A DNA stretch of 64,000 bases from Antechinus flavipes (GCF_016432865.1 NC_067398.1:663586001-663650000), one strand, 5' to 3'. Positions 1 to 9,985 are shown, numbered from the stretch's first letter. Notes: a model not told the origin generated them from the letters alone. Made by a program: numbers and translations.

Positions 1-357
1 AGTTCTTCAATCCCTATGGCCAGGAAGAGCAGGTCCAGGAGATCTCCCTCTTCCCATGGCTGAAGGCTATGGATCTTCCCCTAGCCACCTACAAATCTCT
101 GGGGGGGGGGAGGGGGAACCACACCCAAGAACTCCGTGTCCAAGAACTCCAGTGCAACACGAGGCAGACCCCCCAACAGAAACAAGGCAGCTCTTCTCCT
201 TCCCAGGACCGTGGGAGGGACTATGCTCCTGGCTAATGACTTGTCCTGGTAGGACCCTGTAGCTCCCCAGCCATGACGACTCCTCTGCTGCCCCAACACC
301 AGCCATCTTGGGAGTCCCTCCCTGCTTCCCCAAGCCCATGGAATGGGAACATGAACC

Positions 358-363
358 AATAAA
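358..363 (+). terminator. AATAAA, possible poly(A) signal of the upstream plus-strand gene (RFXANK by synteny)
   Basis: Canonical hexamer. No RFXANK coding sequence is recognisable in the window, so the assignment rests on synteny only. Confidence 0.3.
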
Positions 364-649
364 ACCAGCTGCTACCCCACAAGCAGGGTCAACACTGGCT
401 GTTCCTCCCCATCTCTTACAGCTGACACCCAGGGAAGTTTGGCTATAAGGAAATAGGGCAACCGTAGCCTGGAAGAGAGGAGAAATGGCTGCCGTTCTTA
501 GATCTGAGGGGCCTCGCCGAGAAGGCCTGGGGCTGACTCTCTTGTTCCAGAATGAGGGAGGCTGCTTCCCATTACATGTAGATGACACGGGGCTGAGGGT
601 GAGACAGGTGGGGCCATTTAAGCAACCTGGTGATCCCAAGATAGGAGTG

Positions 650-890
650 TGGGGGCTTTTCTTTTCCTTTTTAAATGAATAAGTTTTTACCACTTAGAAA
701 AAAAGATGTTTGGAACAAATGTGCACAATCAGGCAAAACAAATTCCTACAACTTGTAGTCCAAAGAATGCTTATTTTGCATCCTGAACTTCTCACATGTA
801 CTTCAGCATCTCAGCCAAACGCTGCAGTGACCAGAATTCTGAAGTCCTTCAAAGCTGTTTCTACAATGCTATTAGCATGTCAGTTGTTTT
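650..890 (-). mobile_element. Old L1 3'-end relic within the NR2C2AP 3' region
   Basis: CAAAACAAATTCCTACA...GTCCAAAGAATG... pattern typical of reversed marsupial L1 3' UTR. Confidence 0.5.
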
Positions 891-1118
891 CCAATCAAGG
901 CTGGCTTCCTGGAATTGAAGCTCTGAGGCTCTTTCTTTCTGGGATTCTCTTCCCAGGTTCTTGGAGGGAGAAGAGGGGGTAGGGGCCACGCTGGTTCACC
1001 CAAATCATAACTCTTTCTACTTGCTGGCCACCTGGTCCAGAGGCAGGTGTAGCTTCTGCTGTCCTTCCAGTGGCCTCCTCCAGGGAGTCCTGCAGGTGTA
1101 GGAAGCTGGCCGGGCCGC

Positions 1119-1235
1119 TCACAGCTTCTCCCCAAGGATCCGTAGGTGGTAGATGATGATCCGGCCAAAAAAGTCAGTGCTGTTTTCAAAAGTTACCTTG
1201 AGCTTGTCCAGTGTGACATCTGCCACAGGGAAGCT
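1119..1235 (-). CDS. NR2C2AP: NR2C2AP coding exon 5 (SFPVADVTLDKLKVTFENSTDFFGRIIIYHLRILGEKL*)
   Basis: Preceded by an AC acceptor; TGA at 1121-1119; FFGRIIIYHLRILG motif. Confidence 0.95.
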   Translation of the reverse strand, partial: SFPVADVTLDKLKVTFENSTDFFGRIIIYHLRILGEKL

Positions 1236-2333
1236 GTAATTCACCAGCTGTCAAGGTTAACAGGACAGACCTGGGGGCCCCACCCAGAGTCCCTGTCATG
1301 ACAAGGTCACTGCCAGGGGGCTTCCTCAGCTCATACTGATACTCGCCTTTTTTCCCCAACTGCCCCGGAGGCCTCCAACACCTCCCTGCGCTTTTACCTG
1401 CCTACCTAACCACAAGCTGGGCCAGCCCCACCCCTGCCACAGAGCAGAGAGGATATTTGCAGGGAGTTGTTGTCCTGGGGGTAAAAATCCCCAATCTTCT
1501 CCAGAGACTCACTCTTCCTGCCACCTGTTTTTAAAGAAGGGAAAAGAGAAGGGCTCAGTAGCACAGATTCTGCACTAGAGTCCTACAGGAGGGAGCCAAG
1601 GCCAGACCACGTCCTCCCTCCACCCCTCCTCACCTTCCAAGCGACCTTGGCGACTTGCAAACCCACCCTGGAATTGGATCTGCACTTGAGACACGCGAAC
1701 GGACTGGGGGAATTCCAGCATCACCCACTGGGAGGCGCCCTGCGGTGCGATAGCCAAAGAAAATGCTTAGCACCTACCTGGAGGGCAGTGGGCACAGGGA
1801 GGGGCTGGGCCTCAGTCTTCAGTGAAAAGCCAGCCCTCCTCCAGGTTCCGGAGAACTGTGCAGCCCCCCGTGCAGTACCCCACTGCACCCCGTGGCTACA
1901 GCGGACCATCGAGCTGGAAGGCCCCCTGCCGGGAGTGCCCTGGGTCGGAGGGTGGTCCGGGTCAAGTGTACATGGTACAGACGAGGCAGCATCGGCCACC
2001 CAGCCCTGAAATCTTGCAGCTGGGCTCTAAGGGGGTTCTCTACGGGTCCCATCGCTGGGGCCCCGGAGGGATGGCCGCCCGCCCCTCCCCGTCACCTGGT
2101 CAGAATTCCAACATGTCTCGTCCTGCTCGTCAAACAGATGCTTCTTTCCAAACTGCTTCACGTCCCGGTTCAGCACAGAGCTCACCCTGCGGAGACATCA
2201 AGTGGGGTGGGGGGGGGGGCTGGGGGTGGCGCTTGGGGGTCAGCTCTGGGCCCCGGGATCCCGACCCGGCCCAGGACCCCCGCTCTCACCTGCTCACCGT
2301 CTGGCTGCAGACCAAAGGCACCGGGGCGGCCAT
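1119..2333 (-). CDS. NR2C2AP: Nuclear receptor 2C2-associated protein (TRA16), complete spliced CDS, 5 exons, 426 nt / 141 aa
   Basis: Manual splicing gives MAAPVPLVCSQTVSRVSSVLNRDVKQFGKKHLFDEQDETCWNSDQGASQWVMLEFPQSVRVSQVQIQFQGGFASRQGRLEGGRKSESLEKIGDFYPQDNNSLQSFPVADVTLDKLKVTFENSTDFFGRIIIYHLRILGEKL*. This aligns end to end with human NR2C2AP as I recall it. Exon sizes are 44/91/106/68/117, the Kozak context is strong (gccATGG), and the gene is syntenic with NCAN. Confidence 0.97.
1236..1456 (-). other. NR2C2AP: U12-type (minor spliceosome) AT-AC intron, 221 nt
   Basis: 5' end ATATCCTCT; branch site CCTTGAC (1256-1250, branch A at -16); terminal AC; no polypyrimidine tract. Only this junction keeps the homologous reading frame. 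Confidence 0.93.
1457..1524 (-). CDS. NR2C2AP: NR2C2AP coding exon 4 (GRKSESLEKIGDFYPQDNNSLQ)
   Basis: Acceptor aaacag|, 68 nt, followed by the U12-type donor ATATCCTCT. Confidence 0.94.
1634..1739 (-). CDS. NR2C2AP: NR2C2AP coding exon 3 (GASQWVMLEFPQSVRVSQVQIQFQGGFASRQGRLE-G)
   Basis: Acceptor ccgcag|, donor AAG|GTGAGG, 106 nt; overlaps track ORF 1575..1757. Confidence 0.96.
2096..2186 (-). CDS. NR2C2AP: NR2C2AP coding exon 2 (VSSVLNRDVKQFGKKHLFDEQDETCWNSDQ)
   Basis: Acceptor ccgcag|G, donor CAG|GTGACG, 91 nt, frame continuous. Confidence 0.96.
2290..2333 (-). CDS. NR2C2AP: NR2C2AP coding exon 1 (MAAPVPLVCSQTVS-R)
   Basis: ATG at 2333; donor CAG|GTGAGA. Confidence 0.93.
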
Positions 2334-2639
2334 GGCCTGCTGGGAAGGGGAAGAGTAGCTGCCCAACTGCTGTGCAACGTGGGTCAAGTCACAAGGTCGG
2401 CCTCAGCTTCCTCATCTGTAAAATGGGGTAATGGGAACGTAGGGATCAAAGGAAATCATGTTTTCAAGCACACGGTAGGTGCCTAGTAAATGTTCCTTTC
2501 CCACCCGGGCCCCTCGGAGGGAAAAGTCTCCAACCACCAGCCTTGGACAGATGGGGAAACTGAGCCCCAGAGAAGGCGAATGACTTGCCCAGAGAACCCT
2601 GCCTCCTTCTTGCTGTGGCTTTATTCACTTCCCGCTGCT

Positions 2640-3300
2640 TCCCCCGCTCCCGGGGGATATTCTCGCTTCTACTCTCGGAGCACCCAGGCCGAGGAGGCTG
2701 GAAGAGTGTTTAAAATTTTAAAAGGACTAAGAGGCGGGAGCGCCGTGCGCGATCACGTGGGGAGGAGCGCGTCCCCTCTCTCGGCTGCTGCACGTGGAGA
2801 TCTAGTCCGGGCCAACTCGGAGGCCAGCGGCGCGCAGGGCGCAGGCGCGGGGCGGGGCGGGAACCCGAGAGCGGCGAGGCGGGAAGTGCTTCCTGGTGCA
2901 ACCTGGGGACTGGGCGGAGAAGAGCGGGCCTCGCCCCTCCTCAGACTGAGGCCCGGCCCTTCCGGTTCTCCTCCATTCTCCGGCCGCTGCAGTGGGCAGT
3001 CCTACCCTGACCTGGGCGAAGGGCGCTTTCCCTAAGCCCTCCGGGGAGCACTACTTGGAAGCCCAGGATTGGGCAGGATCTCTCTCCACCCACACCCCAA
3101 TGGCTCCCTGAATGCCCAGTGGCTCCTTTGCAAGCCTTCACGGCCTGCCCCACCCCTCCTGCTCTCCCTTTCCTGTCGTGTCCTCCGCTTGCTCGTTCTC
3201 CTGCGTGCTCCTGCACCAGCCTCCACCCCCCGAGCGCTGGCGTCCTCCCTCAAGCCTGCAGTCCCTCGTGCCTCCCTGCATTCCTCCGAGTCTCAGCTAA
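2640..3300. promoter_or_regulatory. CpG-island promoter of NR2C2AP
   Basis: High GC and CpG. E-boxes CACGTG at 2754 and 2791, NRF1-like GCGCAGGCGC (~2839), GC boxes GGGGCGGGGCGGG (~2849), paired ETS cores GGAAGTGCTTCC (~2882). CpG-rich sequence extends from about 1640 to 3520. Confidence 0.8.
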
Positions 3301-3520
3301 ACTCGCACCTCCTACCAAAAGAAACGATTCTTTTCCAGTCTCCTTAATCTTAGTGCCTTCCCCCAGAGATCGCCCAGCTTCGTTATCCTGCCTGCACCCC
3401 GTTCTCACGCAGTTGTTTCCCAGCTGGTTCTCTGTTAGAACGGGGCTCCTTGCGAGCAGGGACCGAGTTTTGCCCTAACGCAGAACCTGACCAGTGGGTG
3501 CTTAATAAATGCGCGCTGAC
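3260..3520 (+). mobile_element. L2 LINE 3' end
   Basis: CTCAGCTAAA...GCTCCTTGCGAGCAGGGAC...GTGCTTAATAAATG, the L2 terminus. Confidence 0.75.
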
Positions 3521-3889
3521 CATCCATTCCTGCCCTGGTCAAGGGTGGCCTGTCTCACCCAAAAGAAATGCTTAGGGTTAAGAGGGGAGATACCTCTTCA
3601 CACCCCTCAGTTTAGCTAACATGACAGGGAAAGATAATAAATAATTCCATTTGATCCTCACAATTCCGTGAGGTAGGGGCTGTTATTATTATCCCCATTT
3701 TACATATGAGAACACTGAGGCTTGGGGAGGCGGAGCGATTTGGCGATGCTCACAGAGCTAGTAAGCCTCCGAGGTTGGATTTGAATGTAGGTTTTTCTGA
3801 GTCCCTATCCATGGTACCGCCTAGTCTGGGCGGCATATTTTTAGAAATAACAATAGCACAGCTAAAGCGTGTTTTAAGGAGAACATCCA

Positions 3890-4870
3890 GAAGATGAAAA
3901 GACCGACTATTCAGGGCAGGACTTATTCATGTTTCTGAAGAAGTTTAGTCTGAAGAGAAGGCTCAGGATGGGGGGTGAGGAGTAGGAGACACTTGAGAGC
4001 TGTGAAAAAGTCAGCTGGAAAAGGAATTAGACTTGGTGTTTGGCTTCGGAGGGCAGAATTAAGAGTAGATGGAAAGAATTTGCATGGGAAATTTGGGATT
4101 ATAAGTAAAGAAAAACAACAGGGATGAAAACTGTCCCAAAGTGGAATGGGCCAGCTCAATCAGAACTCGGCATCAGGAGGGGTCCATGTCAGCGCACTAC
4201 AGAAAGCAGTCTGGATCAAGCTCTCAAAGTATAAGGGCATGAAAGCCATTTCCGCTAATCCCCTATATTATATTTAGCATCCCCTGGAAGACCTCCATTT
4301 GGGGGCTGCTTATAAATCTTATATACAAAACTTTCATAAAAATTTCTTTTAAAATAGTATTTTATTTTTTCAGATTTGTGGTGCTTTGCTCCTTATTGCC
4401 TGTATAATCTTACAGGTGTCCTTTCTTCTCTCTGGGACCTTAATTTTCTTGTCTGAAAAGCATTGGGGGATTCCCATTACTCATTTCTCTAAAGGACCTT
4501 TTGGTACTAAATTCTATGATTGTTATAGATTCAGTCCGTCCTTCTAGTCCTCCTAGATCACTTTGGAAAATGACTCTGCTGTCCAATATGTTTGCTCTCC
4601 CTTCTCACTTTGTGTCATCTGCAGAACTGATAACCACACCATCTATCCTTTTATCCAAGTCACTGGGGGAAAACAAACAAACAAACAAAAACATTGAAAA
4701 GCAGAAGATTAGGCACAGATCCTTGTACCTCTACTGGAGGCTATCTTACAAGTTCACATCAGCCTATTGGTTACTCTTTGAGTCTATCCATTCAACTAGG
4801 ATGTAGTCCATCAAAATGTACTATCATTTAGCCACATGTTATTTCATTAAAATGACAGCTTAAAAGATAC
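3890..4870. mobile_element. L3/CR1 fragments (plus ~3890-4170; minus RT fragment ~4540-4870)
   Basis: Minus-strand translation gives DLDKRIDGVVISSADDTK (CR1 RT FADDTK motif). Confidence 0.65.
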
Positions 4871-5049
4871 CTGAAAGAAGCAGATCAATGGAAGTAAATG
4901 GAGAATACAGAAATAAAACCTTGTACTCTTCCATAATTGACTTTCTAGCCAGCTCTCTCAACAGCTGTTCTAAACCTTTTCTTTTCTCAAGCTTCCCATA
5001 CTCCCACTCCTACTCACAGTTGAGCACCTCTCTTCATAGTTTACTGAGA

Positions 5050-6449
5050 AAATAAAGACTCACTATTTGACAAAAATTCCTGGGAAAACTGGAAAGCAGT
5101 CTAGCAAAAGTAGGCATAAACATAAAGGTTGATATCATAAGCAAATTAGATCATGGAAGAAACTGTCAAATTTTTGGATAGAGAAAGAGTTCATGATCAA
5201 GAAAGAGAGAGGTTCACACAAGGTAAAATAAATCATTTTGATTATATAAAACTTAAAAGTTTTCATAAAAAACAAACTGAAATTAGAATAAAAATAGAAA
5301 ACTGGGAAACATCCATGTTTACAAAAAAATAGGAGCTGTTCTCCAAATGGTAATTGGTCAAAGGATATGAAATATCCATGTTTTTAAAATACTTCTAACT
5401 CACTAATAGAGAAATGCAAATTTAAAAAATCTCTGAGGTACTACTTCATCCTCAGATTAAGATGACAGAAAAGGAAAATGACACATGCTGGGGGGAATGT
5501 AGAAAATAGACACTAATAAATACACTGTTGGCGAAGAAGTGAACTGGTCCAACCATTTTGAAGAACAGTTTGAAACTAAGTCCAAAGGGCTATAAAACAG
5601 TGCATATCCTTTAACTCAGCAATACCATACTAGGTATTTTCCTCAAGAAATCAAAGAAAGGGAAAAAATCCATGTGAACAATAGCAACTTTTTTGTGTTG
5701 GCAAAGAATTGGAATCTGAGGGGATTCTCATCAATTGAGGAATCACTAAACAAGACATGAAATATGAATGTGATGGAATACTATTGTGTTGTAAGAAATG
5801 AAATGAATGGTTTCAGAAAAATGGGGAAGACCTATATGAAATGATGTAAAATTGAGTAGAACCAACAAAACAATCTACATAATTTCAGCAAGTGTAAAGA
5901 TGATCAATTGTGAAAGACTTTGTAACTCTAATCATTAAAATGAGCCACCACAACTCGAAAGAACTCCTGATTTGAAATATTATGCATCTCCAGATAGAAA
6001 ATTGATGGTCTCATGTTGCAGATGGAAATATTTTTAAAATTTTATTTTTTCCAATTACATGCAAAGATAGTTTTCAACATTCATTTTTGTAAGAATTTGG
6101 TTCCAAAATTTTTTCTCCCTCCTGCCTCAAAATGACAAGCAATCTGATATAGGTTATACATGTACAAGCGTATTAAACATTAGTAATGCTATGGACAAAG
6201 AATCAAATCGAAAGGGAAAAATCATGAGAAAGAAAAAAAGTAAAAATAATATGCTTCAATCTTGAAGTATTTTCCCTTAATTTTTCTTGATTTTTTTCAG
6301 TTTATGGCTAATATGGAGATCTTTAAATGACTGCATATTTATAATGGGTGTCATATTTCTTGCCTTCTCAATGTGTAGAGGAAAGGGTGAAGAGAGGGCG
6401 AAAATGTAGAATTGATAATAAAAATAATTTGTTTTTAAAAAAAAAAAAA
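5050..6449 (+). mobile_element. L1 3' portion (ORF2 C-terminus, 3' UTR, poly-A), containing an opposite-strand L1 3' end at ~6030-6280
   Basis: LFDKNxWENWK-like start, zinc-knuckle region, A-tail at 6437-6449. Confidence 0.8.
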
Positions 6450-6457
6450 GTAGAAGC

Positions 6458-6679
6458 ACCGCTAGGTGGCAGTGCATGGATCACCAGCCCTGAAGTCAGG
6501 AGAACCTGAGTTCAAATGTGATCTCAGACACTTAACACTTCCTAGCTGTGTGACCTGGGGCAAGTCACTTAACCCCAATTACCTCAGCAAAGAAAGAAAG
6601 ATAGAAAGAAAAAGAAAAGAAAAGAAAATTTTAAATTATCCATGATATGCTTTATAAATAAAAAGCTTCAATAAAAAAT
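6458..6679 (+). mobile_element. WSINE1-type CORE-SINE with A-rich tail, flanked by TSD AGTAGAAGC (6449-6457 and 6680-6688)
   Basis: GCTAGGTGGC head, CTGAGTTCAAAT B-box, ACACTTAACACTTCCTAGCTGTGTGACC core. Confidence 0.8.
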
Positions 6680-7289
6680 AGTAGAAGCCATTCACATTGA
6701 GATTCTTAATCTTTCAGCCTCATCTTATTCTCTGCTCCTTTATTCCATCTCTAAGAGAGGTAACTCTCCTCCTCACCAAGGCAAACCCCACTTTGTGTGC
6801 CCTCCATGATATCTAATCCAGTTCTCTCCAGCAGATTGCCCCTCCATACAGACACATATAATCATTCTCTCTCTCTTAAATTTTCAATTCTTCCCTATCT
6901 ACTGGATCTTTCCCTGCTGTCTACAAACATGCCCATCCTTAAAAAACCCTTCCATCTCCCTGAGTCTTATAACTCTCCTTTCTTTCTCAGCCAAAACCTT
7001 TGAAAAAACTATCTACACTTGTCTCCATACCCTGCTTATATTCACTTCTCAACCTTTTGCAATCTGGTTTCCAATCTGATCACTCAGCTGAAAGAAACTG
7101 CTCTCTCCAAATTTCCCATCAGTCAACAAGCATTTATTAAATATCTACTAAGTTCCAAGCACTCTTTAAAGCACTGGGGATATAAAGATGCAAAAACAGT
7201 TCTTGCCTTCAAGGAAGCCACAAAGCTGATCCTCTAGAAACATTCCACTCTGTGGTCCCCTCAGAAATTCAAATTAAAATACTCCTCTG

Positions 7290-7790
7290 GTAGGGATACA
7301 TACATATATATTAATAATTGGGTACATGCAAAATATGTACAGAACAATTGGGATGGTAATCTCAGAAGGGGAAGCATTACCTAGGATTAGGAAAAGCCTT
7401 TTGCAGAATATGGGATTTGAAATCAATCTTAAGGAAAACAGAGGCAGTGGTAGGGAAGGAAAGCACCCCATAGTAGCAGAAAAGTCACAAAAAGGCAGAG
7501 ACAGGAGATGTAGTGTCATGTTTGAAGAAGTGCAAATAAGCCAGAGTTGCTGGAATATAGAAGAAAATAAAGTTAAGAGGTAGGAAGGGACTGGGGTATA
7601 AAAAGCTTTAAATGCCAAATTGAAGATTTTTTACTTCATCCTGGAGGTAATATGGAATCACTGAAGTTTGTTATATAAGGGTACATGAAATGATCAGACT
7701 TATGCTTTAGGAAAATCACTCTGGTAGTTATGTGAAGGATGGACTGGATCAAGGAGACCTCAGGCAATAACCAATTAGAAGGCTATTTAT
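7290..7790 (-). mobile_element. L2 3' region
   Basis: Typical reversed L2 text (GGAAAATCACTCTGGTAG...GGACTGGA...GAGAC...TTAGAAGGCTATT). Confidence 0.65.
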
Positions 7791-8129
7791 TTATTACAAT
7801 TTTTCGGGCAAAAAGTTGATTTAAAAAAAAAAAAGTTGAACTATGCTTCTCCAGCTCATTTTACAGATGAGGAAACTGAGGCAAAAAAGGGGAAGTGATT
7901 TGCCCAGGGTCACACAATAAGTGTCTGAGGCCAGATTTGAATTCAGGAAATCCTGACCTGAATTCCAGACCTGGTACATTGAGGGCCCATCAGGTCCAGA
8001 CAAAAACTTTTAGAAAGATCCCTTCCATTTCACACACTGTATAAAGAACAGGGACACTTCCACTTGATCTGAAATTTTCTCTCAAAGGTCCTCCTTTGTG
8101 AAAGTGTGCTCAGAGGGACCCTGTAAAGC

Positions 8130-8830
8130 ATTAGGATCTCTGTCCCCCTCCCGCCTATCTTACACTCCTTCCCCGCTCCGGTGCCTCTCAAGTGAATTTC
8201 TAGGAATCCAGGGAGATCGGGTCCCTACAACCCAGCCCTACTCCAACTCTCCTTGGAGAGGATCCTGTCCCCAGACGGAGTTGTCTTCAGTTTAACCCAA
8301 AGAAAGCCAGAGATGGGCCCATGTTCCAGCCACCAGGTGGCGAGGGCAGACCACGATGCACGCGGACTCGACAGCTACAGGACCCGATCTCCAAGCGCTG
8401 GCTTAGCCAAAGCTCGACTCTTCTCCAAGCGCAGGAAAACCCAAAGACCCCCAGTTTTTTCCAACCAGCTCTAGAAACTCCAAGGGTGGGAGGGAGAGGA
8501 GGGGAGTGTCAGAGGAATGGAAGCTTCGCAGTCCTCTACAGGACAGCTCTCAGTCTAGCTCTCTTCCTTTCCTGCCCTTGCGCCACACTGGGCTCCCCGC
8601 CTCCCCTAACCTCCAGCACCCAGGGGCAGCTGGCAGGAAGGATGGAGCCCAGAGCTCGCCAGGGTGGGGAGGGGAGGCGTCTCTGGCTGGGGACTTCGGC
8701 GCCAGCCCCTGATTAATACGCTGTGAGACGGAAACCTCCTTTCCCGGGGAAGAAAGGAATCGGGGCGGAGATGGAGGGGACTCTTAGGCTGTGGGGATTC
8801 GAGGGCTAAGGGAAAGGTCAGACCGCTGTT
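8130..8830. promoter_or_regulatory. Orphan CpG-rich element with CTCF motif
   Basis: About 28 CpG in ~700 bp (my count) against a CpG-poor background; CCACCAGGTGGCGA at 8330-8343; GC box at ~8762. Confidence 0.6.
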
Positions 8831-9204
8831 AGCTGGGGAGGGTCAGATCCCTGGGGGACTGAGAGATGAATGATTCCCACCATTCCCTCAACTGAAGGCC
8901 TCTTCCTTCTCGATCGCCTCCCTCTCCCAAGATGTCCTTCCTCCTTCAACTTACCTGATATTAACTTTGTGTTTTTTATATTTGTAAATCTCAATTCCTC
9001 ATAGAATGGAAACTCCTTGAGGGCAAGACCTTTTGTCTTTTTTGAGTCTCCACAACCAAACACAATATCTGGTACACTAGAGGTGATTGATAATAGCCTA
9101 TTGAATGATTGATTTTTCTCTATTCCTATCAGCCTAGAAATAGTTAATGAGGGGCAGGTATCACTAAATCTTTAACATTTTATGTTCTAAGACAAAGGTG
9201 TCAA

Positions 9205-9360
9205 ATACTGTCAGATCAGGGCCTTCAATATTTCCAAATGCAGCCAGAACCAGTTTAAAATGCAATTGGGAAATATTTAACAAAATGAATAAAATACAAT
9301 AAAATGTAGATAATATTACATCTTAAAACTAACTCAATATGCAGTCCACAAGGATATTTA
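9205..9360. mobile_element. Short non-autonomous DNA transposon relic (hAT-like MITE)
   Basis: CAAAGGTGTCAAATAC start; CAGCCAGAACCAG..AAAATG.AATTGGGAAATATTTAACAAAAT body. Confidence 0.5.
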
Positions 9361-9469
9361 TTTATGATTTTTCATTTCTATTTCATTTTGATCTTCTTGG
9401 TTTAAGATGCCTTTCAGCTCTGACATTATGATGTGGATTAGAAGAGCAATTTCTAGCTCCAAATGATGT

Positions 9470-9985
9470 GTTTAGGGTTCAGAACCAAATGTTGAGATTT
9501 GTATAAGACACCAAATGTTGGAATTTGGTCATGTGAAGAATTCACAATAGTCTTTCTCTTTGGCAAAAAATTTATTTAGGAAAAGAAGTTGCAGACAAAA
9601 AATTAAGCGATACAATGGACACCAGGAGTGATAAATATGAAATAGAATTAGCAGAACATATAGTTACCAAAGAGAGGGATTTTTAACAATTAATGATGGA
9701 AAAGACTAGTCCCCTAGTGGAACTCACAAGTAATTAGGATAAAGGAAATACTCCATTAGGATGGAAAATGCCCTTAACTGGCAGGAGGAGTTTACCTAAA
9801 AGAGGTAGTTATAGTTCCAATAGAGGCATGGTGGGGAGGAGTGACTCTGTGGCATGGGGGAGAGAGAGGGAAAAGACATAAGGAAAAGTAGTAGATCATG
9901 ACCCAAAGGGGTCAGCAAATCAGATTTATAGGGGAAATTTAACCCCAGGGGTTTGACATAACTTGGATTTCTGAACGGACATAGC
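9470..9985 (-). mobile_element. Solo LTR, minus orientation (boundaries approximate)
   Basis: Minus-strand TATAAA (9925-9930) and AATAAA (9571-9576); homologous to 33745-34230. Confidence 0.65.

Larger units (their letters stand above)
4930..7290 (+). mobile_element. L2 RT-region relic split by L1 and SINE insertions (L2 pieces ~4930-5050 and ~6690-7290)
   Basis: CTCCAGCAGATTGCCCC, CTACAAACATGCCCATCC and GAAACTGCTCTCTCCAAA resume the L2 sequence interrupted at ~5050. Confidence 0.7.

Noticed and set aside
56-3478. Many long overlapping ORFs (e.g. 67..693, 1822..2358, 1892..2431, 2490..3035)
   Set aside because: Stop-poor frames are expected in GC-rich CpG-island DNA, and no protein homology is recognisable; the real coding sequence is the spliced NR2C2AP
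6458-6587. tRNA-like A/B boxes in SINE heads
   Set aside because: They belong to tRNA-derived CORE-SINEs, not tRNA genes; no cloverleaf. No tRNA, rRNA or snRNA gene was recognised in the window.
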